This document shows positions 55,813 to 64,000 of a stretch of 64,000 nucleotides of DNA, one piece after another. A model generated the notes under the pieces. That model ran no database searches. It had not been told where the DNA came from and saw only the letters and a program-made list of their open reading frames with translations. A program made the position numbers and the translations under genes. The DNA is from Octopus vulgaris (Eukaryota): NCBI GenBank assembly GCA_951406725.2, contig OX597814.1, forward strand, positions 152,210,001 to 152,274,000. The letters run 5' to 3'. How positions within the stretch are numbered: the stretch's first letter is position 1; the number at the start of each line of letters is the position of its first letter.

Positions 55813-55960
<148 letters not shown>

Positions 55961-56070
55961 CATACATACATACATACATACATACATACATACATAGACT
56001 GATGCACGAGTGAGGAAACAAAGCAAAGTAGCACTCAGTACATATGGTGGGAGTTACTTATATTTTCTCT

Positions 56071-56126
56071 TACTACCTGATGAGATGGATGCGTCTTACT
56101 CGCCCACGAAACTTAAAGTCATATGG
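56071..56126 (+). ncRNA. Degenerate hammerhead ribozyme motif near the 3' end of a short cassette ending in (TA)n
   Basis: CTGATGA (56077-83), G(A)TGG...CCAC stem II, GAAAC (56108-12), TTAAA, GTC (56118-20). Stem III (ACTTAAAGT) is near-palindromic. Stem I pairs poorly. Confidence 0.6.
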
Positions 56127-57111
56127 AGCTCAGTCAAACTTTTATTAAATATATATATATATATATCTGAGCGTCTGCTAATACTTTACATGTACCACGT
56201 TCTAGCGTTGTGTTTCTTTTTTGTGTGTTTGTTCTTCATTTTGGGATTTACTATACATATGTGGCTATAGGTGCAGGAGTGGCTGAGTGGTAAGACGCTT
56301 GCTTCCCAAGGACATGGTTCCGGGTTCATTCCTACTGCGTGGCACCTTGGAGAAGCGTCTTCTGCTGTAGCCTCGGGCCGACCAAAGCCTTGTGAGTAGA
56401 TTTGGTAGACGTAAACTGAAAGAAGCCCGTTGTATATATATAACTTAAATGCAATGCATTGCAATACATCCATTCATTCTCGCTCAGACATTTCTCAAAG
56501 CATAAATATATTAAAAGAATCGATTAGTTTCCCCACGGGGCATATACATAAAAATAATACCCTCTCTATAGCAAGGGATTTCGTCTCTTTCTTGTTTTCA
56601 GGTTAACAGAATTAGTTACATTGCTTCATTAATTTTTACGTTTTGTTAATTTTCTTCTTCCTTTGTTTGATGCATAATTGTTTTTCGTCGAAAATGTGCG
56701 AATCGTTCTGTTTTGTTTTTCTTTTTTTACTAAATTCTCTATTTTTCAACACTTTAATCATTTTTACTCAATTTCGTGAGTCATCCGAGGCTGTCAGTTT
56801 GTTGCTATTTGCTGCTTCACTTCGGTTTGTTTGCTTGTTCGCTTATCTTAGATTCCCCACATCCTTTTACTTTATGTGTCATGCTGGTTTTATTTTGTAA
56901 ATCATGTAGTGAAATTCTTTTTTTTTTTTTGTAGTTTTTAATTTAACATATTTTCTGGAGTTGACATGTTCCATACATTGTCCTTATTACTCATTATGTC
57001 TGTTCTCCTAGTTAGCAGTTCCTTCTACAAAAAAGCCATTACTACTCTTAGTGACAGCTACTTCCATCACCACAATTTGTAAACTTGTTACTGCTTTCTT
57101 CTATAATATTC

Positions 57112-57198
<87 letters not shown>

Positions 57199-57516
57199 GA
57201 ATGAGAGAGCAATGCATGCCATCAAAGTGACACTGGGGTAAAATATATGAAGTCCAGTATACCCATCATGACTACCCGTCTGATATGGGTATACCGTTTC
57301 CACTAAAGGCACAAGGCCTGAAATTTGGGGGGATTGAACTAGTCGATTACATCGGCCCCAGTGTTTCACTGGTACTTTATTTATCGACCCAGAAAGGATG
57401 AAAGGCAAAATCGACCACGGCGGAATTTGAACTCAGAATGTAGAGACGGACGAAATGCCGTTAAGCATTTTGCCCGGCGTGCTAACAATTCTGCCTTAAA
57501 ATACTTGCAGACTAAT

Positions 57517-57949
57517 AGTTCCTACTGATAAGAATATATCTGTAAAGGAATTTGACGAATTAAGTAAATATAAGTTACCTGAAAATTGAAATACAAAAGG
57601 TGTGGCATCTTAAAGCAAGAACTGTTCCAGTTATTGCAGATGCCCTAAGTATGATAAAAAAAAAGGATGTCAGAAACATCTAGAAAACATCTCAGGAGAA
57701 CCAATTCTCAGAGAAATCCAAAAGATTGTGTTGACAAGTACTGCCCACATCCTTAGAAAACCCTATCAATTTAAATGTTTGCTTTGTATTACATGGAAAC
57801 ATTTTGCTACTGCCTCTTCCACTTCTCCCACCTCCCCCAAGCTTTCAGTTATACTGTAACATCTCTTATCCTTCCCTTACCCTAAGGCACTGAGTGTGTC
57901 TCGGCAAGTGATTGCAAGAAACATACAGATTAAAAGTAAACAACAATGA

Positions 57950-57950
<1 letters not shown>
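57517..57950 (+). mobile_element. R4/Dong-like element 3' end running into (TAC)n(TAA)n
   Basis: PTDKNISVKEFDELSKY/LKIEIQKVWHLKARTVPVI...EIQKIVLTSTAHILRK is the RLE C-terminus. The 3' UTR ends in a TAA repeat, the known Dong-type target. Confidence 0.8.
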
Positions 57951-58036
<86 letters not shown>

Positions 58037-59489
58037 GGTTCAATCTTTTCATCTTTTGGTTGTCGATATAATAAGTATCAGTCAAGTATTTGGGTCGTTG
58101 CAATCTCGACTAACCCCCACCTCCAAAATTTCAGACCTTGTGCATAAAATGGAAAGGATTATTAATATTTTTATAATTACTTCGTTTGTAAGAAACTGCG
58201 GGAAATTCATAGAAAGCTTTCATGGCATTCTTATAATCTGGTCTTGCCGCTTTCCATTTAAATCGTTGTTTCCATGGTAATTTTTCCTTGTAGTATACTG
58301 TGAGGAATACTAAGCTCACTATATCACTACACAATGCAGTATTTTCACATATCTGTGTTCGTCCATTTTTCCAGCTCTGAATACGACATGTACCGATGTC
58401 TTTTGCAATCAACAGCTATTTTTGTTGCATTCTATAAGATGAGTTTAAACTTAAAAGTCAGCCAGTTTCGTCTATTGTGTATAACACAAGTATATTCAGT
58501 TAGTACGGAGTCAAATATCTGGACTCGGCGATATTTATTTTTCAACGCAAAACATTAAAGAGGGAAATATGTGTATAGAATATTAATTATCTTCGAAGTG
58601 TTTAAAATTTATACTTTAATCACGAGAAAATTATGATTGTCATGACGTTGTTTGAATTCCAGTGGATTGAGTAAGAATAAAGAAAAACTGGATTGTTTGT
58701 GAAGGGTGCTGGTGTTATTTGTATTGAAGCCATGCTATATGTTGTCAACAATCAACTTACGTCCTTCCAATCTATTCATAGCTCTGTCCATTATAAAGCT
58801 TAGCGTTATTTCCAGTGAAAAGAGATCAATATTCCTTACTTTTTTATCACATTTTCGTTTTGCTTGTTTGTTAGTTTGTATTTTTTATTTTTGCGAGGAA
58901 AAAGAGCATTGAAAGAATATGCTGGAAGGGAAAATACCACTATACCACAAGCTGTCAAGCATATCTGTCACTGCCAACCGACCAAACCTATGTGATTAAG
59001 TTCGTTCATATAGAAAAAAAAACTGTCAAATTACGTTCTGATATTCTTACTTGACAGAGCATATATAAGACGATGCAACACTCGACCTACTAAACATAGC
59101 AGCCAAAATATTTATCATATCAGACGCCATTCATTGTTTTAAAGAAAATACTCATTGAATAGACTTGGATAGACTTTGACTGCAAAACCGATCGGACGGT
59201 CATGGCTGGAATACATTTGATTATAAGTTTGATAGATCAGACTTGACTTGGGATTAAACGACAAAAGCGACAAGAACAATATTTTCCCGACTAAATTATA
59301 GCCGTATTGATTGTACCGCCCTTCCATTAATACTAAAGCTGAACAGATTAATAGTGATTTTATTAGATTCGCTTAGGAGCAAGAACGATGCTTCTTATGA
59401 CACTTTGAAGTCGTTTTAGTTTGAGGGACATGAATAACTTGGTGAGGTTCATATTGCTTATGTTCAGTTTCAATTTTGTCATTCTTGAG

Positions 59490-59814
59490 CAGTGGTTCTC
59501 AACCATCTTTTTATCTATGGACCCTTTTACTAACTATCTTATTTTGGAGGGCACACATATCCATCCGATATTTAAAAGCTAATTTTATTGATATTTCTTT
59601 TAAAATTCCTGTTTTGTTATTCACACACTCATTTGTATAGGGTGAACTTTGTAAAATGTTAGAAAAAGAAGCCTAGCTGTTTCTTACAAGATACATTTAA
59701 ATCAAAAGTTTTCATGGATCCTCAATATACTCCTGTGGATCCTCAATTTACTATTTTGTTAGCGTATATTATGTTAGCGTAAAAATGTATATGAACTCCG
59801 TTTGAGAATCATTG
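59490..59814. mobile_element. Old hAT (Charlie-like) MITE
   Basis: CAGTGGTTCTCAACC ... GTTTGAGAATCATTG TIRs and repeated internal TGGA(C/T)CCT motifs. An 8-bp TSD is not recognisable. Confidence 0.55.
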
Positions 59815-60375
59815 CTGTAAAGGTTAAATGAGAGAATGTAAGCAGATTCATGTTTTCAAACAGAAATGTATGATGATACAGAGGCAAAGTGCCGCAACTC
59901 CTGTCGTTCAAGACTGAGGTCATCCCTGCTCGAATAGACATTTGATGACAAGCATTCCAACAATGACCATCCCAGCTTTTTTTACCCAAAGTATTTAGGA
60001 CTGAATTATCCAATGTATCCTATGTTTAACACCATAGAATATGAGTAGAGAGAGACTTCGCTGTTGTTTAAGCAGATCGAGCAGCCGCAGTCGGACCTTT
60101 TGTGGGATAAGTGCTGTTAATGTTGTTCTTATCGCTTAGACCCGAGTGAGGTGTAGGCATGGCTGTGTGCTTAAGAAACCCGATCTGCAACCATAGGGCT
60201 TCGGGTTGACTCACACTGCGACGCAGCTTGAGCCAGTGATTTCTAATATAGCTCTGAGTCGACCAATACCTGTGAGGGAATTTGACTGAAGATAACAGTG
60301 TGGGAGCCTGTCGTGTATATATAACAAAGTATTAGCGCTAAGCAGTGTTTAGGTATGAGCAGAATTAGGTAAGCT

Positions 60376-60619
60376 GAAATATGGTTGTCACATATTTCAA
60401 TTGACTAAAAGGCTAAACTGCAGTTACCATGGAGAATATATATATATCTCTTATGGTAAAAAGGTGTGAAAACATCCGGTTCGTTCAGTGAGATTCCTAA
60501 TAGATGGCGATACTGAACGAACCAGGTGTTTTCATACCTTTTACCATAAGAGATATATATTCTCCATGGTAACTGCAGTTTAGCCTTTCAGCAGTTGAAA
60601 TATGTGACAAACATATTTT
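60376..60619. mobile_element. ~245-bp foldback element
   Basis: AAATATGGTTGTCACATATTTCAA...GGTTCGTTCAGT pairs with ACTGAACGAACC...TTGAAATATGTGACAAACATATTT around a ~22-nt loop. Short unique flanks lead to (TA)n. Confidence 0.88.
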
Positions 60620-60686
60620 ATTTGTTATTTATGTTTTGGTTTATGTCTATCACTGTTTGAGTTGCATAATAGCGGTTTTATCTCTA

Positions 60687-60746
<60 letters not shown>

Positions 60747-60816
60747 ATTATATATATATGTATATTTGTATGAATTGATATAAATATATGTATATATGGA
60801 AGATTTTGTGTGTGTG

Positions 60817-60882
<66 letters not shown>

Positions 60883-60925
60883 GTATGAATTAATATATAT
60901 ATATGTATATATATGTGTGTGTGTT

Positions 60926-60961
<36 letters not shown>

Positions 60962-61010
60962 CACACACACACACACATATATATATACATATATGTACAT
61001 ATACACACTC

Positions 61011-61045
<35 letters not shown>

Positions 61046-61082
61046 CGTAAGTGCGTATGTATATAAATATATATGTTATAAA

Positions 61083-61508
61083 AATAAGATGGCAAAATAG
61101 AGAGGTAATTGATAAATTATTATTTATTAATTTAATAAATTGACAAACATCCCTTATAGTTGTTTCAATTCCAAGTCCTCAGAAAGTAAATTGATCTAAT
61201 CAAAAATTCTTTGCGATTCGAATCTCTTCAGAAGTAGATAAAGATATACAAAATAGGTGTTTAATTCCTGCATGTTGAGTAAACGGTTGCAAGTTAACAG
61301 TTTGTAGCCGTTTACTCAACATACAGGAATTCAACACCTATTTTTATATCTTTATCTACCTCTGAAGAGCTTCGACTTTCAAATAATTTTTGATTTAATT
61401 AATTAATTTTCTGAGGGTCTGAAATTGAAACAGTTGTAAGGGATGTTTGACAAGTTTTTAATTAATAAATAATAATTTATTAATAACCTCTCTATTTTCT
61501 CATATTAT
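61083..61508. mobile_element. ~425-bp imperfect foldback element between (TA)n tracts, with a hammerhead motif in each arm (probable PLE-derived inverted pLTR pair)
   Basis: Arms ~61083-61293 and ~61301-61508 are reverse complements around the loop TTAACAG. The plus arm has CCT-CTGAAGA (61362-68)...GAAAC (61427-31)-AGTT-GTA-AGG. The minus arm has CTT-CTGAAGA-GATTC...GAATT-GAAAC-AACT-ATA-AGG. Confidence 0.8.
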
Positions 61509-61510
61509 TA

Positions 61511-61558
<48 letters not shown>

Positions 61559-61697
61559 CACAGTTTATATAGTTACCTTGCAGTTGAGTATTAGATTTAA
61601 TGTTCAATACTCTTTGTATAGGTCACTAACCAGTACTTTCATAGGATTTTGCTAACCCTGAATGAGGTTTGTAATCCTTTAATTGTATATATATATA

Positions 61698-61729
<32 letters not shown>

Positions 61730-61821
61730 GTTGAAATTTATAGAAAAACAGAAGACGAAGACAGGTGTATGAAAAACAAGCAAGTGCGTTAATTTGACAC
61801 TCGGGAAAAATGAAAAAAGTC

Positions 61822-61858
61822 TTTTACGTTTCGAGCCTTCGTTCTTCAACAGAAAGAA
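61822..61858 (-). ncRNA. Degenerate minimal hammerhead-like motif in a cassette adjoining (TA)n
   Basis: The minus strand reads CTG-TTGAAGA-ACGAAGGCTC-GAAAC-GTA-AAAG. The core has C3 changed to T and stem II is imperfect. The cassette 61730-61860 ends at the (TA)n at ~61710-61729. Confidence 0.4.
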
Positions 61859-62944
61859 ATAAGATTGAACAAACATGCCATCTTTTCGTGTATCAGACAC
61901 TACAATATCCAATTTATCCTTCTATATTTCAGATGCTTGGATGTAGGTTGAGGAAGATTTGGCACCGTTGTTTCTAGCAAGTCGAGCAAATAGATATTTG
62001 TACGCGAGAATCTATTCAATGTCTTGTCTAAGTGTATTGTGCAAAGGTTGTAAGGAGGCATTTGACACAATGTATCCAGGACTAAATTACTTAATATTTA
62101 ACATGATAGAACATGAATGGAGTGAGATTTCACGGTCGTTTAAAGCAGATCAAATTCATCTGCAAATAGGCTCTTATTTGGATAAGTTTTCCTGGGTTGC
62201 CGTTGCTGCTAAGCCCAGGTCATGCTCAGTTGGCCAGACATATGATCAGACATATGAAAGGGCACACTGGATAACGTAGACCTAGATAGACTAAGTCAGT
62301 AAAAGCAACCGGATAGTCTTAACTGGAATACATCTGATTATAGTCAACTGTAATTTGATGCAGTCCATTGATTGAACAAATATATCCTTCTACGTTAGGG
62401 TGTAGGCAAAGCAGATATGGAGCTGCTATTTCTAGCAGGTCGAGTGAGCAACCATACAGAGACTCTTTTATTAGTAAATTAATATTTGTAAGTGATGGAA
62501 GCAATTGAGCGTCATGTATAAATGTATTGCGTGAAGATTGTAAAGAGATATTCGAAAAACTAAATAGAATTATGAATTATATTTCTATTGGTTTAAAGAA
62601 ACCATGCCCATTAGTTTCGTTTGTTTATTTGTTTGTTGTTTTTTAGTAAAAATTTGTCAACAATTTTGTAAATAAATGAATACAATAGAGTAGTTTGAAG
62701 ACAATAATTTAATTATACTCATTTAACGCTACCATCGTGGAATACGATGATGCTAATTATCTTATGTAATTGCTCATTAAATATTTATTAATTCAATTGT
62801 ATGGAGCTGTTTTCCAGTTACGTGTTGTTTACACCCACACGCACATACATACATATATACATACAATTATATGTATACACACACATTATATATATATATA
62901 TATGCACATATATATATTTACATATATATGCATATATATATATA

Positions 62945-63028
<84 letters not shown>

Positions 63029-64000
63029 TGTATATATATATATGTATATATACATATATTTATGTATTCACATAAATATATATATATGAATGTATACATA
63101 CATACATGCATACATACATACATACATACATACATACATACATACATACATACATACATACATACATACATACATACATACATACATACAAAGTACGTTT
63201 GTACTGTTGGTGTGCATATATGTATATATTCTGAAAGAGAGACAGAGAAAGTGTAAGAAAATATAATGAAATAAAGACAAACAAGGGAGTGAAAGAAAGG
63301 AAAAGTTGCCATAATGAATTTCCGGGATATTGATAATGAAATCGTGTGCCTTAGCCAGACACAAGCTCATTTATAACCACTGTATAATTTAGTTTTCTTA
63401 ATAAATAGCAATAAACGTTAGAAAATCTGAAAGATACTGAATGTTGCTGGGTACGAATGTTCAATTAGGAAATTTGCGGGTACCAGAAATGTTTCAATGT
63501 AGCTTTACCAAAATTATTTTTGATTTATATGATAATATGCAAGTACAATTCTATTCGTTGCTGTTTTTGATATTGTAGTTTAGTTTAGCCCCAGGCGAAA
63601 CCTATTCTAGCAAATGAGTTGCAGTCGTCTTTTGAAGTATATGCAGTACTTAACTCCGTTCTTTCCTGAGTTGAGATAGTAAGGGCGAATTAAGGGATGC
63701 TTGACTGCTGCTTCTAGTAATTCGAGTGATCACAGCTCATATTGCAGTGGTATACGCGATCGAGATCTATAGTCATCATAATTCATTGTTTTAAATGCAG
63801 CATCTAACTGATACATCTTTTATCGAACTTGCACTAATGAACAATCAAAGGGACCTTAACAGGATTTCAACTCCGCTATCTTGGTTACATTTGTTACCCA
63901 TATGACCAACGGGTTGGTGATTTCTCTTCATAACACACAGATTTTTCTTTGGGAACGGATGTAATCTGACCGAACAGAGCACAGTATATCTGCGGTATTT

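Overview
AT-rich, microsatellite-saturated eukaryotic non-coding DNA (intron or intergenic). It is most likely from an octopus or related coleoid cephalopod, which is an inference from the SINE families and repeat landscape. I found no host protein-coding exon. Almost all ORFs in the track are translations of (TA)n, (CA)n, (TAGA)n or (CATA)n. The coding remnants are all transposon-derived: (1) a 5'-truncated Penelope-like retroelement (RT plus C-terminal GIY-YIG, one frameshift) at 7373-12240, bracketed by ~300-bp inverted pseudo-LTRs that each carry a hammerhead ribozyme; (2) a full-length but inactivated mariner at 26805-28086 and further Tc1/mariner remnants; (3) R4/Dong-like, RTE-like and Helitron helicase fragments. 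There are also two non-autonomous Helitrons, several MITEs, and dozens of copies of four tRNA-derived SINE families, some forming dimers or trimers. A 100-N gap separates two ~1.4-1.7-kb near-identical copies that differ by a SINE insertion with a TSD. The most interesting signal is a set of unrelated 200-430-bp foldback (hairpin) elements and short cassettes inserted in (TA)n tracts. Several carry canonical or permuted hammerhead-ribozyme cores, which suggests a microsatellite-targeting, ribozyme-bearing non-autonomous Penelope-derived system.
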